A stretch of 64,000 nucleotides of DNA, taken from assembly GCA_021295835.1 (NCBI GenBank), contig JAGWBP010000007.1, positions 36,095 through 100,094 of the forward strand, read 5' to 3'. The notes below the pieces were generated by a model that saw nothing but the letters and a program-made list of their open reading frames with translations, did no database searches and was not told the origin of the DNA. Each line of letters begins with the position of its first letter. Positions within the stretch are counted from its first letter, which is position 1. This DNA comes from Gemmatimonadota bacterium (GTDB lineage Bacteria > Gemmatimonadota > Gemmatimonadetes > Longimicrobiales > Gaopeijiaceae). Below, piece after piece: positions 1 to 8,625 of the stretch. Position numbers and translations under genes: made by a program.

Positions 1-29
1 TCCTGCCGTGGGAGGCTTGTCCACGGGCC
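1..29. repeat. Window-edge partial copy of dispersed repeat module alpha (CTGCCGTGGGAGGnnTGTCCACGGGC)
   Basis: TCCTGCCGTGGGAGGCTTGTCCACGGGCC matches 14691-14724 and 49527-49562 almost base for base. It contains a CCGTGG/CCACGG inverted pair. Confidence 0.7.
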
Positions 30-135
30 TTGGGCACCTCGCCATCGCGTCGCACTGGCACTGTACGACAGGCTATAATTCGAGCCGTTCGTCCCGGATC
101 GCCCCCCGCCCCCACAACCTTGAGCGCAGGCGACA

Positions 136-1551
136 ATGGCTTCCTCGCACCGAATCGAGCGCGACGCCCTTGGCGAAATGAGGGTTCCAGCCGACGCCCT
201 CTACGGCGCTCAGACCCAGCGCGCGGTCGAGAACTTCCCGATCAGCGGGCGGCGCTTCGGACGGCGCTTCATCGAGGCACTGGGGAGGATCAAGGAAGCC
301 GCTGCCAGGACGAATGCGGAGCTGGGGCTGCTCGACGACCAGGTGGCCGACGCGATCGCCTCCGCCTCCTCCGAGGTAGCTCGCGGCGACTGGGACGATC
401 ACTTCCCCCTCGACATCTATCAGACCGGCTCGGGCACCTCGACAAACATGAACGCCAACGAGGTGATCGCCGCGCTCGCCAGCCGTCTGCTGGAGCGGAT
501 GGACGACGATGGCAACCCTCCCCCCGTGCACCCGAACGACCACGTCAACTTCGGGCAGTCCTCGAACGACGTGATCCCTACTGCGATCCACGTCGCGTGC
601 CGGGCGGCGGTACGCGACGAGCTCGTGCCCGCGCTCGCGAAGCTGCGCGAGGCACTCGCCGAGCAGGCGAAGTCCCTCGACGGCGTGGTGAAGTCGGGCC
701 GCACCCACCTCATGGACGCCACCCCCGTCCGCCTGGGGCAGGAGTTCGGTGGCTACGCCAAGCAGGTCGAGCGTGGGATCGAGAGGGTCGAGCGCACCTC
801 CCGGGAGATGTCGGAGCTGGCGCTCGGCGGCACGGCCACCGGCTCGGGGATCAACACGCATCCTCGCTTCGCCGCCCTCGCGGTCGCCCGGATCGCCACC
901 ATCTACGGAATCACCTTCCGGGAGGCCGAGGACCATTTCGAGGCGCAGGGGGGGAAGGACGCGTGCGTCTCGCTGGCTGGCGCGCTGAACACGGTGGCCG
1001 CCGCCCTAATGAAGATCGCCGACGATGTGCGCTGGCTGGCGAGCGGCCCCACCTCGGGCATCGCCGAGATCCAGCTTCCAGCGGTGCAGCCGGGGAGCTC
1101 GATCATGCCTGGGAAGGTGAATCCCGTGATCTGCGAGGCACTCATGATGGTCTGCGCCCGGGTCGCCGGAAACGCCACCACAGTCACGATCGCCGGCCAG
1201 CGGGGGAACTTCGAGCTGAATGTGATGATGCCGGTGATCGCAGACTCTCTCCTCGAGTCGATCGGCCTGCTGGCATCTGCCTGCCGGGTCTTCGCCGACC
1301 GCTGCGTGGCGGGCATCGAGCCCCGGCCGGAGCATGCGCGGGAGCTCCTGGAGCGCAATCCGGCGATAGCCACCGCGCTGAATCCCTACGTCGGGTACGA
1401 CCGTGCGGCGGTGGTGGCCAAGCGGGCTGCGGCCGAGCGGCGATCGGTGCGCGAGGTGGCCGAGGAGATGGGGCTGATTGCGTCGGAGGAGCTCGACCGG
1501 GCACTGGACGTGCGCCAGATGACCGAGCCCGGGATTTCCGGCCACGACTGA
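136..1551 (+). CDS. fumC: Class II fumarate hydratase
   Basis: 471-aa ORF starting at ATG 136. It has the fumarase/aspartase superfamily signature [11 protein letters not shown] and the fumarase-type motifs [22 protein letters not shown] and [15 protein letters not shown]. Confidence 0.9.
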   Translation: MASSHRIERDALGEMRVPADALYGAQTQRAVENFPISGRRFGRRFIEALGRIKEAAARTNAELGLLDDQVADAIASASSEVARGDWDDHFPLDIYQTGSGTSTNMNANEVIAALASRLLERMDDDGNPPPVHPNDHVNFGQSSNDVIPTAIHVACRAAVRDELVPALAKLREALAEQAKSLDGVVKSGRTHLMDATPVRLGQEFGGYAKQVERGIERVERTSREMSELALGGTATGSGINTHPRFAALAVARIATIYGITFREAEDHFEAQGGKDACVSLAGALNTVAAALMKIADDVRWLASGPTSGIAEIQLPAVQPGSSIMPGKVNPVICEALMMVCARVAGNATTVTIAGQRGNFELNVMMPVIADSLLESIGLLASACRVFADRCVAGIEPRPEHARELLERNPAIATALNPYVGYDRAAVVAKRAAAERRSVREVAEEMGLIASEELDRALDVRQMTEPGISGHD

Positions 1552-1800
1552 CTCCCTTGCGGGTGACCGCGACCTGCCAGAACCGCCCGAGGTTGCGCGC
1601 GGCCCCGCCGCTCCCCATCTTTGACGGGTGTCGGGGGGCTTAGCATTGAGCCAACACTGGACGAGCCGGGACTGCCTCCCGCCGAGTACGTCACGCCCCA
1701 AGGGGGGGACGGCGGAGCCGGTGGGGGAGTCACCGACGATTGAGCCCCGGGCTTCATCCACCGCTCTTCGGCACGATTGCGGTCTGCCTTGCGTGGGCCC

Positions 1801-1843
1801 AAAGGTCGGCGATCCTTTCGGGACGCCGACCTTTGCATTTTGC
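1801..1843 (+). terminator. Strong hairpin with a T-rich tail (intrinsic-terminator-like) 22 nt upstream of the queD start
   Basis: AAAGGTCGGCG-A-TCC-TTTC-GGA-CGCCGACCTTT has 11 perfect bp plus 3 more bp and a TTTC tetraloop. GCATTTTGC follows it. It lies 250 nt after the fumC stop. Confidence 0.45.
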
Positions 1844-1864
1844 TGAGCGAATGTTAGGAGGCAA

Positions 1865-2281
1865 ATGCCGCGCGTCCGCATAGTCCGCCGACTCCACTTC
1901 AGCGCCGCCCACAGGCTTTCCCGCCCAGACTGGAGCGAGGAGCGGAACGTGCGCACCTTCGGCGAGTGCGCCCACCGCAACTGGCACGGCCACAACTACG
2001 AGCTCGAAGTCGCGGTCGTAGGCCCGGTGGATCCGGAGACGGGGTACGTGATGGACCTGGCGGCGCTCAAGGAGCTAGTCGAGCGCCGGGTGGTGGGCGA
2101 CCTCGACCACCGCAACCTCAACCTGGACGTGCCTTGGCTCGCCGACGTCGTCCCGACGACCGAGAACCTCGCGATCGGGATCTGGCAGCGAATATCGCCG
2201 CACATTCCGCCCCCCGCCGTCCTAGACGCGGTGATCGTGCAGGAGACGCCCCGAAACCGGGTGGAGTACCGGGGCGGATAG
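1865..2281 (+). CDS. queD: 6-carboxy-5,6,7,8-tetrahydropterin synthase / 6-pyruvoyl-tetrahydropterin synthase family
   Basis: 138-aa ORF with AGGAGG 4 nt upstream of the ATG. PTPS-fold motifs RLHFSAAHRL and ECAHRNWHGHNYELEV are present. Confidence 0.85.
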   Translation: MPRVRIVRRLHFSAAHRLSRPDWSEERNVRTFGECAHRNWHGHNYELEVAVVGPVDPETGYVMDLAALKELVERRVVGDLDHRNLNLDVPWLADVVPTTENLAIGIWQRISPHIPPPAVLDAVIVQETPRNRVEYRGG

Positions 2282-2291
2282 AGGTGTCAGC

Positions 2292-2987
2292 ATGCACATC
2301 GGCCTCGTCGAGCAGCTCCTCTGCCCCCGCTGCGGACCGCCCTACGGCCTGATTCTCCTCGCCCAGGAAGTGCGGGAGCGCCGCGTTCAGCAGGGCGAGT
2401 TCGGGTGCCCGAAGTGTCGCGGCAGCTACCCGGTCGAGGCCGGATTCGGCGACCTCAGGCCACCGCCGCGCTCTCCGGCACCGTCGGCCCGAGCAGCCGC
2501 CGCCCGCGTGGCTTCCGATCCCGACGCCGCACTCCGCCTGGCCGCCGCCCTGGGCGTTGCCCAGGGTCCGGGTGTCCTCCTCCTAGACGACTTCCACGCG
2601 AGCGACGCCCGAGCTCTTGCGGGGATAGTGGACGACGTTGAGGTGGTCGTCGCCGGCTGGGGTGGACAAGGGGTCGCTGGGCCGGGTTTGAGTGCGTTCG
2701 TGGCGGGGGGGACGATCCCGATCCGGGACGGCGCGGCGCTGGGGGTGGCGGTTGGAGGCGACCGGGACGAGGCGGCGTGGAGTGAGTCGCTGCGGGTGCT
2801 GGCCGACGGAGGGAGGCTCGTGATCTCCGGGCCCTCCGACGCGTCCCGCGAGTGGGTGCGGAGAAATGGTCTGGTTCAGCTGCTGGACGGCGGCGGGATG
2901 CTCGTCGCCACGGTGCCTCCAGCGGGCCCAAAGCCACGTCCAGCCATGTGGAGGGGGCCGGGGGTGCCGAGCTCCCCCAGTGGCTAG
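2292..2987 (+). CDS. Trm112-like zinc-ribbon protein with a degenerate methyltransferase-like C-terminal region
   Basis: The N-terminus LLCPRCGPPYG...CPKCRGSYPVEAGFGDLR is a two-CxxC Trm112p-like ribbon. The ORF starts 11 nt after queD. Its TAG stop lies inside repeat 2983-3035. Confidence 0.5.
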   Translation: MHIGLVEQLLCPRCGPPYGLILLAQEVRERRVQQGEFGCPKCRGSYPVEAGFGDLRPPPRSPAPSARAAAARVASDPDAALRLAAALGVAQGPGVLLLDDFHASDARALAGIVDDVEVVVAGWGGQGVAGPGLSAFVAGGTIPIRDGAALGVAVGGDRDEAAWSESLRVLADGGRLVISGPSDASREWVRRNGLVQLLDGGGMLVATVPPAGPKPRPAMWRGPGVPSSPSG

Positions 2988-3035
2988 CAGTCCGTGGATG
3001 ATCTCGCGCGTGGGAGGATGTCAACAGGCTGCTAG
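2983..3035. repeat. Dispersed repeat (reverse alpha half plus beta module) forming the inverted pair CTAGCAG...CTGCTAG between convergent genes
   Basis: GCTAGCAGTCCGTGGATGATCTCGCGCGTGGGAGG...CAGGCTGCTAG. The arms CTAGCAG (2984-2990) and CTGCTAG (3029-3035) contain the TAG stops of both flanking genes. The beta core CCGTGGATnATCTCGCGCG recurs at 3957 and 4314, and TGGATGAGCTCGCGCG occurs at 8604. Confidence 0.7.
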
Positions 3036-3910
3036 AATGCCCCTGCGACGAGCGCCGCCAGGAGGAGCGGGTGGTAGAGGAGCGACGCGACGAAGACCCG
3101 TCTGCCGCTTCGCGCGGTGGGAGCTAGGAGGAAGGCCAGCGTCACGGCCACCATGCCGCCGCCCAGGACGAGCGCGGCGGCGGCGTACAGGTCGTCGGCC
3201 AATCCCAGCATCCGAGGTGCCAGGGCGAGGGGGAAGAGCAGAGCCGCATGACCCACCATCAGCCAGGCGATCAGGCGGTCGGAGCCCGCCGGAATCAGTC
3301 GGAAGCCAGCCCGCTCGTAGTCGTGGCGCAGGTTCCACCCGAGCGCGAGGACATGGACGAGCTGCCAGAGGAAGTGAATTGCGAAGAGCGCGGTCCCCTC
3401 GGTGTCGAGAGCGCCTGTGCGGGCCGCCCACCCGATCAGGACGGGGAGCGCCCCCGGAATGGCGCCGACCGGGGTGGCGAGTGGCGACAGGCGCTTGAGA
3501 GGTGTGTAGACGAGGTTGTAGAGGAGCGCCGAGCCGCTGGCGAGGAGGGCGGGGAGCCACCCGACCCAGTGGATCAGGTGGGCGACGCCGGCCACAAGGA
3601 GGACGCAGGCGAAGAGGCAGGCGCGACCGGGCGAAATGCGCCTCGAGGGGAGTGGGCGACCGCAGGTCCGGAGCATCAGCGCATCCGCCTCGCGCTCGAG
3701 GAACTGGTTCAGTGCCAGGGCGCCGGCGGAGCAGAGGGCGACGCCAAGGAATACTTGCAGGGTTCCAGGCAGATCGATGTGGGCGACGTCCGCCACCAGG
3801 AACCCGACCGCCGCAGTGAAGGCCACGAAGGCGGTGATCATCGGCTTGATCAGCTCGAAGTATGCGCCGCCAGCCTCCCACCAGCGTCCCCCGCGCTCGG
3901 AATCGCTCAA
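3032..3910 (-). CDS. ctaB: Protoheme IX farnesyltransferase (heme O synthase), UbiA prenyltransferase family
   Basis: 292-aa polytopic membrane ORF with a TTG start at 3910 and GGGAG 7 nt upstream. UbiA-family motifs are present, such as LYNLVYTPLKRLSPLATPVGAIPGALPVLIGWAA. Confidence 0.85.
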   Translation of the reverse strand: MSDSERGGRWWEAGGAYFELIKPMITAFVAFTAAVGFLVADVAHIDLPGTLQVFLGVALCSAGALALNQFLEREADALMLRTCGRPLPSRRISPGRACLFACVLLVAGVAHLIHWVGWLPALLASGSALLYNLVYTPLKRLSPLATPVGAIPGALPVLIGWAARTGALDTEGTALFAIHFLWQLVHVLALGWNLRHDYERAGFRLIPAGSDRLIAWLMVGHAALLFPLALAPRMLGLADDLYAAAALVLGGGMVAVTLAFLLAPTARSGRRVFVASLLYHPLLLAALVAGAF

Positions 3911-3921
3911 CTGTTCACTCC

Positions 3922-4056
3922 CTGTAAACCATGGACTTGTCCACGGGCTGCCGCACTCCGTGGATAATCTCGCGCGAGCACTGAGAGTGGCGAAGCGCTA
4001 CCGGCCCGAGGAGGAACGCAGAGCGAAGCCATGGGTACGGACACTGTAAACCATGG
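3922..4056. repeat. Tandem partial copies of the mosaic repeat (gamma module in reverse orientation plus alpha and beta pieces), bounded by a direct 13-mer
   Basis: CTGTAAACCATGG occurs at 3922-3934 and again at 4044-4056. The reverse complement of 3976-4056 (CCATGGTTTACAGTGTCCGTACCCATGGCTTCGCTCTGCGTTCCTCCTCGGGCCGGTAGCGCT) aligns with 16357-16425 and 21125-21195. Confidence 0.8.
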
Positions 4057-4311
4057 TTTGGCGACCGCGACCGCGACCGGTTTCTTCGGCTTGCTCGCCA
4101 GCATCCGGGCCCGCCACGGTCCCGCGATCTCGCGCCGCCGGCCGTGGCCCCGTGCAACCGAAAGCTCCTCTTTGCCAGATCGATCCCGATGATGCTAACC
4201 TCTTTCCATGTGGATGCCTCCTCCCTCGGATGGTCGGACCTCTCGACGTCAACGAATCGCTTCACAACCATCATCGGCAGTTCGCGATGCCGCCGGGAGG
4301 GGGCGTCCACT

Positions 4312-4503
4312 CCACCGTGGACGGTCTCGCGCTTGCACCGAGAACGGCGAAGCACTCCGCGGGGCGCGTGGTGGAGCCATTCGCCCAGGAAGCCACGCAG
4401 GAGCGAAGCGATCCAGCATGGATGCAGCGCCCCTCGAATGCCGCCAGGGTGCATCTGCGGGCTGCAAGGGGTGGCGGCAGCGCTACCGGCCCAAGGAGCA
4501 ACG
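4312..4503. repeat. Further mosaic repeat copy (beta module plus the distal half of the gamma module, reverse orientation)
   Basis: CCGTGGACGGTCTCGCGCTTGCAC is the beta module. The reverse complement of 4395-4503 (GGGCCGGTAGCGCTGCCGCCACCCCTTGCAGCCCGCAGATGCACCCTGGCGGCATTCGAGGGGCGCTGCATCC...) aligns with 21178-21250. Confidence 0.75.
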
Positions 4504-4509
4504 CCGCTG

Positions 4510-5160
4510 ATGCCGGACGAACGGAGCACGGGGATTCGTGGCCGCCGCCGCCGTGAGCGGAAGGTACTCGGGATTGCGCTGCTCTTGTCCCTGGTATTCC
4601 ACCTCTCAGTCTTCGCCCTTGGCGGGAGACGCGAGATTCCGACGCTCTCCGCCGAGGCCAGCGCCCGGAAGGCCGAGCTCCTGGTCGCGCGGGGCGGTGT
4701 GGAGGCGATCCGGGTGAGTCAGCCCCCTCCGGTTCCGCTCGTTCCCCCGGCGCTGCCGGTGCCCATCGCCCTCGACACCGAGCCGATCGAGCTCGCCCAG
4801 GAGCTCGACTTCGACCTGGCTGCGCTCCTCGGCGAGCTGGGGCCTCCCGGACTTCCCGGACTGGATCTGGGCGATCAGGGTGCCGGCGATAGCGGCGAGT
4901 CCGAGTTCGTCGGGCCCCGCTCGCGAGGGATAATATGGCCGTCTTTCGAGGGGCTCCGAGGCACCGTCGACGTCTGGGTCTTCGTCGACGCGGCGGGCGG
5001 CGTGGTGGCCGACTCGACCCGACTCTACCCCCCGACACGGGACCGCAAAGTGAACCGGCAGCTGATCAGCGAGGCGTCCGAGTGGCGCTTTTACCCGGCA
5101 ACGCAGGCTGGCGTGCCAGTGGCCGCCTGGACCAACTATACCGTGACCGGGTCGCAGTAG
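4510..5160 (+). CDS. TonB-family C-terminal domain protein (energy-transducer-like)
   Basis: I chose the in-frame ATG at 4510 because the upstream part of the ORF runs through the repeats. The protein has an N-terminal TM helix (VLGIALLLSLVFHLSVFAL), a Pro-rich linker and a TonB_C-like end (VDVWVFVDAAGGVV...RFYPATQAGVPVAAWTNYTV). Confidence 0.6.
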   Translation: MPDERSTGIRGRRRRERKVLGIALLLSLVFHLSVFALGGRREIPTLSAEASARKAELLVARGGVEAIRVSQPPPVPLVPPALPVPIALDTEPIELAQELDFDLAALLGELGPPGLPGLDLGDQGAGDSGESEFVGPRSRGIIWPSFEGLRGTVDVWVFVDAAGGVVADSTRLYPPTRDRKVNRQLISEASEWRFYPATQAGVPVAAWTNYTVTGSQ

Positions 5161-5162
5161 CC

Positions 5163-6758
5163 ATGTCACCAACCCGGGCTTCGGGAGCGATGCAGCGCGC
5201 GGCCAAGCGGATACTCTGGGTCGACGACGAGATCGGCCTGCTGCGGCCGCACCTCCTCTTCCTGCAGCAGCGCGGCTACCACGTCGACGCCATCACCAAC
5301 GGCGACGACGCCCTCGCCCTCCTCGCCGACAACGCCTACGACCTGATCCTCCTTGACGAGCAGATGCCTGGACGGCGCGGCCTCGAGGTCCTGCGGATCC
5401 TGCGCCAGAGCGACCCCTACGCACGGGTGGTGATGGTCACCAAGTCGGAGGAGGACCGGACGATGACCGAGGCGATCGGGCGTCAGGTGGAGGCGTACCT
5501 GGTAAAGCCGACCAGCCCCCGCCAGGTGCTCTCGGTGGTCACGCGCATACTGGAGGGGTCGTCGATTCAGCAGCAGCGCGCCGCCCAGGACTTCGCCGCC
5601 CGCTGGCCGGAGCTCGCCCGTGGGCGGGAGGAGGCTTCGACCGAGGCCGACTTTGCGCGCCTCTACCAGGAGCTGGTGGACTGGCACCTGCGTCTTGAGC
5701 GAGCCGACGAGACGAGGCTGGTGGCCACCGTAGAATCGCTCCTGGAGGACCTGCGCCGGGACTTCGGCCCCTGGGTGATGCGCAACTACCCAGGGTGGGT
5801 GCGCGGAGGGAGGGGAGCGCCCTGCCTCTCGGTCGATGTCGTCGAGCGTTTCCTCCTTCCGCTCATGGGCGACGACCCGGTATTCCTCGTCGTGCTTGAT
5901 TGCATGCGCCTAGACCAGTGGCGCTCCATCGCGCCGCTGGTCGGCCGCTTCTTCGACATCGAGGAGTCCTACCACTACTCGATCCTACCCACGGCCACGC
6001 CATACGCCAGGAACGCCATCTTCTCCGGCCTCTACCCCGACCAGATCGCAGCCAGGCACCCCGGGTGGTGGGCCACTACCGGCGACGAGTCTTCCCTCAA
6101 CGCCTTCGAGGACGAGCTCCTCGCCGAGCAGCTCCTGCGCCTCACCGGGCGGGATGTTCCGATCCACTACGACAAGGTCTTCAGTGATCGGAACGCCGCG
6201 CAGGTCCGGGGGCGCATCCTCTCGGCGCTCAAGACCCCGGGCACCGTCCTGGCCATCGTCTTCAACTTCGTGGACCTGATGACCCACGGCCGCTCGGAGT
6301 CGCCGATCCTGATGGAGGTCGCCAAGGACGAGTCGGCGCTCCGCCAACTGACCCGATCATGGTTCGAGCGCTCGACAGCCTTCTTGATGCTGAAGGAGGC
6401 GGCCTCGCGGGGTCATCGGGTGGTCCTGACCACCGACCACGGATCGATCCACTGCCGACGCCCAGCCACGATCTACGCCCGTAGGGACGCGACGGCGAGT
6501 CTGCGCTACAAGTTCGGCGGCGACCTCAGGGCCATGGACCGTCGCTCGGCATTCGCGCCGAGCGGCTTCTCCACCCTTCGTCTGCCGCCAGGTCCGGCTA
6601 GCTCCAATGTGCTGCTGGCGCTCGATGACTACTTCTTCGTCTACCCGACCAAGCTGCGGAAGTACCAGCGGCGCTACCGGAACTCCTTCCTGCACGGGGG
6701 GATATCGCCGGAGGAGATGATCGCGCCGGTGGCGGTTCTGAAGCCACGCCCGCAGTGA
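5163..6758 (+). CDS. Response regulator with CheY-like receiver fused to a PglZ (alkaline-phosphatase superfamily) domain, PorX-like
   Basis: Receiver motifs are ILWVDDE...DLILLDEQMPGRRGLEVL...VVMVTK. The PglZ region is VFLVVLDCMRLDQW...TTDHGSIHC. The ATG lies 2 nt after the upstream stop. Confidence 0.85.
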   Translation: MSPTRASGAMQRAAKRILWVDDEIGLLRPHLLFLQQRGYHVDAITNGDDALALLADNAYDLILLDEQMPGRRGLEVLRILRQSDPYARVVMVTKSEEDRTMTEAIGRQVEAYLVKPTSPRQVLSVVTRILEGSSIQQQRAAQDFAARWPELARGREEASTEADFARLYQELVDWHLRLERADETRLVATVESLLEDLRRDFGPWVMRNYPGWVRGGRGAPCLSVDVVERFLLPLMGDDPVFLVVLDCMRLDQWRSIAPLVGRFFDIEESYHYSILPTATPYARNAIFSGLYPDQIAARHPGWWATTGDESSLNAFEDELLAEQLLRLTGRDVPIHYDKVFSDRNAAQVRGRILSALKTPGTVLAIVFNFVDLMTHGRSESPILMEVAKDESALRQLTRSWFERSTAFLMLKEAASRGHRVVLTTDHGSIHCRRPATIYARRDATASLRYKFGGDLRAMDRRSAFAPSGFSTLRLPPGPASSNVLLALDDYFFVYPTKLRKYQRRYRNSFLHGGISPEEMIAPVAVLKPRPQ

Positions 6759-8611
6759 CCCGGGAGGGGGACCCGAGGCCGCCAGGGGAATCGCTGCGGG
6801 GAGGTGTAGTCGGCAGAGCGCTCTCCTACCTACGGCCCTACCGGACACAGCTTCTCCTGGCCTCGCTGGCAAGCTTCGCCTACGCGGTGTTCGACGCCTT
6901 CTCGATCGTCCTCCTCATCCCCTTCCTGGCTACGGTCTTCGGCGAGTCGGCCCCGGCCACTGCCAAGGCCGAGGTGGAGGCCCCCGGGCAGCTGGAGAGG
7001 GCGCTGGAGGCGACGCTAGGCCGAATGGTAGATCTGGAGGGCGACCCGCAGGCAGTGGTCGTCGCGGTCATCGTGCTCATCCTCGCGCTGGTGATCCTCA
7101 AGAATGTGGCTGACTTCGCCCGTTCTCTCCTCTCGGCGAGGATCGAGCAGGGGATGGCCCGCGATCTGCGACGCGCCCTCTACGATGGGCTCCTGGAGAT
7201 GGATCTCGCCTTCTTCGCGCGAGCGAGAACCGGACAGGTCGCGTCACGCCTCACCCACGATGTCGAGCAGCTCCGCACGCTGGCGACGAGCGAGCTGATC
7301 CGGGCGCTCTCGTCGGTGTTGATCTTCACGGCGACTCTCTACTGGATGCTTGCGATCTCGCTCCGGCTGACAGCGGCGGCCTTTGTGGTGGTCCCCCTCA
7401 CGATGGTCCTCTGGGGGCCGCTCGTCCGGCGGCTGAGGAGGGGGGATGCGCGTGTACTCGACCTTGCAGGAGCGGTCGGTGCCCGCATTCACGAGACGGT
7501 TGCGGGGATTCGCGAGGTCAAGTCCGCCTCGGCGGAGGCCTTCGAGCGGTACCGCTTCCGGGAGCTGACCGGGGGCTACCTGCGCACACTCCTGCGCACC
7601 GAGCGGCTCAGGGCGCTCGCTGGCCCCATGACCGAGGCGCTCGTCGCGCTTGGGACGGCCCTCCTCCTCTGGTACGGTGCCCGCCTAGTCGTCGTCGAGA
7701 GATCGCTCACCGGTGGCGAGTTCGTCGGCTTCATCTTTCTCAGCACGCGGCTCTACGCCCCGGTCAAGCACCTGAGCAAGCTTCCCGCCCTCCTTCAGCC
7801 CGGGCTCGCCGCGGCCGAGCGGATCTTCGAGCTCCTGGACGCCCCTGTCGGGATCCGCGACCGGCAAGGTGCCAAGCCGCTCGGTGGCGTACGCAAGGGG
7901 ATCAGCTACCGGGGCGTAACGATGGAGTACCGCCCCGGCGAACCCGTCCTGAGGGACATCGACCTCTTCGTGCCGGTCGGATCGGTGGCGGCGCTGGTGG
8001 GGCCGAGCGGGGCCGGGAAGTCGACCGTGGTGGACCTGCTGGCCCGATTCCACGAACCGACGAGTGGATCGATCGAGATCGACGGGATCGACCTCCGGCG
8101 GTTGCGGGTCGGGTCGCTCAGGAGCTCGCTCGGGATGGTGTCGCAGGAGGCCGCGATCTTCCACGACACCGTGCACGCGAACATCGCCTACGGGACGGCG
8201 GGTGCGTCGCGCGAAGAGGTCGAGCGAGCGGCGAGGGCGGCACGTGCCCACCACTTCGTCTCCCGTCTCCCAGAGGGCTATGACACGCAGGTGGGCGAGA
8301 GGGGAACGGTGCTCTCGGGGGGGGAGCGTCAGCGGCTCGCCATTGCGCGGGCATTGCTCCGCGACCCGCCCATTCTGGTGCTCGACGAGGCGACGAGCGC
8401 ACTGGACGCCGATTCGGAGCGGCTCGTGCAGCAGGCGCTCGCGATGCTCATGCGGGGCCGCACGGTCATCGTGATCGCGCACCGCCTGGCTACGATTCGC
8501 CGTGCCGACCGGATCTTCGTGCTCGACGGCGGGAGGATAGTCCAGGAGGGCACGCACCAGTCGCTCCTCGCCGAGGGCGGGCTCTATCGGCGGCTAGCAG
8601 CCATTGGATGA
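6755..8611 (+). CDS. ABC exporter, fused permease/ATPase (MsbA-like lipid/multidrug exporter)
   Basis: 618 aa with six N-terminal TM segments. It has Walker A GPSGAGKST, the ABC signature LSGGERQR and Walker B ILVLDEATSALD. The GTG start overlaps the upstream TGA (GTGA). Confidence 0.85.
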   Translation: MTREGDPRPPGESLRGGVVGRALSYLRPYRTQLLLASLASFAYAVFDAFSIVLLIPFLATVFGESAPATAKAEVEAPGQLERALEATLGRMVDLEGDPQAVVVAVIVLILALVILKNVADFARSLLSARIEQGMARDLRRALYDGLLEMDLAFFARARTGQVASRLTHDVEQLRTLATSELIRALSSVLIFTATLYWMLAISLRLTAAAFVVVPLTMVLWGPLVRRLRRGDARVLDLAGAVGARIHETVAGIREVKSASAEAFERYRFRELTGGYLRTLLRTERLRALAGPMTEALVALGTALLLWYGARLVVVERSLTGGEFVGFIFLSTRLYAPVKHLSKLPALLQPGLAAAERIFELLDAPVGIRDRQGAKPLGGVRKGISYRGVTMEYRPGEPVLRDIDLFVPVGSVAALVGPSGAGKSTVVDLLARFHEPTSGSIEIDGIDLRRLRVGSLRSSLGMVSQEAAIFHDTVHANIAYGTAGASREEVERAARAARAHHFVSRLPEGYDTQVGERGTVLSGGERQRLAIARALLRDPPILVLDEATSALDADSERLVQQALAMLMRGRTVIVIAHRLATIRRADRIFVLDGGRIVQEGTHQSLLAEGGLYRRLAAIG

Positions 8612-8625
8612 GCTCGCGCGAGCAC
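8593..8625. repeat. Repeat-like segment (GCTAGCAGCC + beta module) embedded in the ABC/acyltransferase gene junction
   Basis: GCTAGCAGCCATTGGATGAGCTCGCGCGAGCAC resembles 2983-3013 and 3957-3981. It contains the TGA stop of the ABC gene and the TTG 8604 start candidate. Confidence 0.45.

Noticed and set aside
1621-1646. Sigma-70-like promoter TTGACG...TAGCAT in the fumC-queD spacer
   Set aside because: The spacer is only 14 nt. With the alternative -10 CATTGA (17-nt spacer), the match is too weak to call.
3922-4503. CRISPR array
   Set aside because: The repeat units are heterogeneous modules of different lengths and orientations with irregular spacing. There is no constant repeat/spacer periodicity and no cas genes.
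4144-4509. Upstream 122 codons of the TonB-like ORF
   Set aside because: The region is composed of the dispersed repeat modules, and the same peptides appear wherever the repeat occurs. The membrane anchor and a sensible N-terminus start at ATG 4510.
5163-6758. The PglZ domain as a marker of a BREX or other phage-defence system
   Set aside because: The PglZ domain is fused to a CheY receiver (PorX architecture). No BrxA/B/C, PglX methyltransferase, Lon-like BrxL or other defence genes are nearby, and the neighbours are envelope-biogenesis genes.
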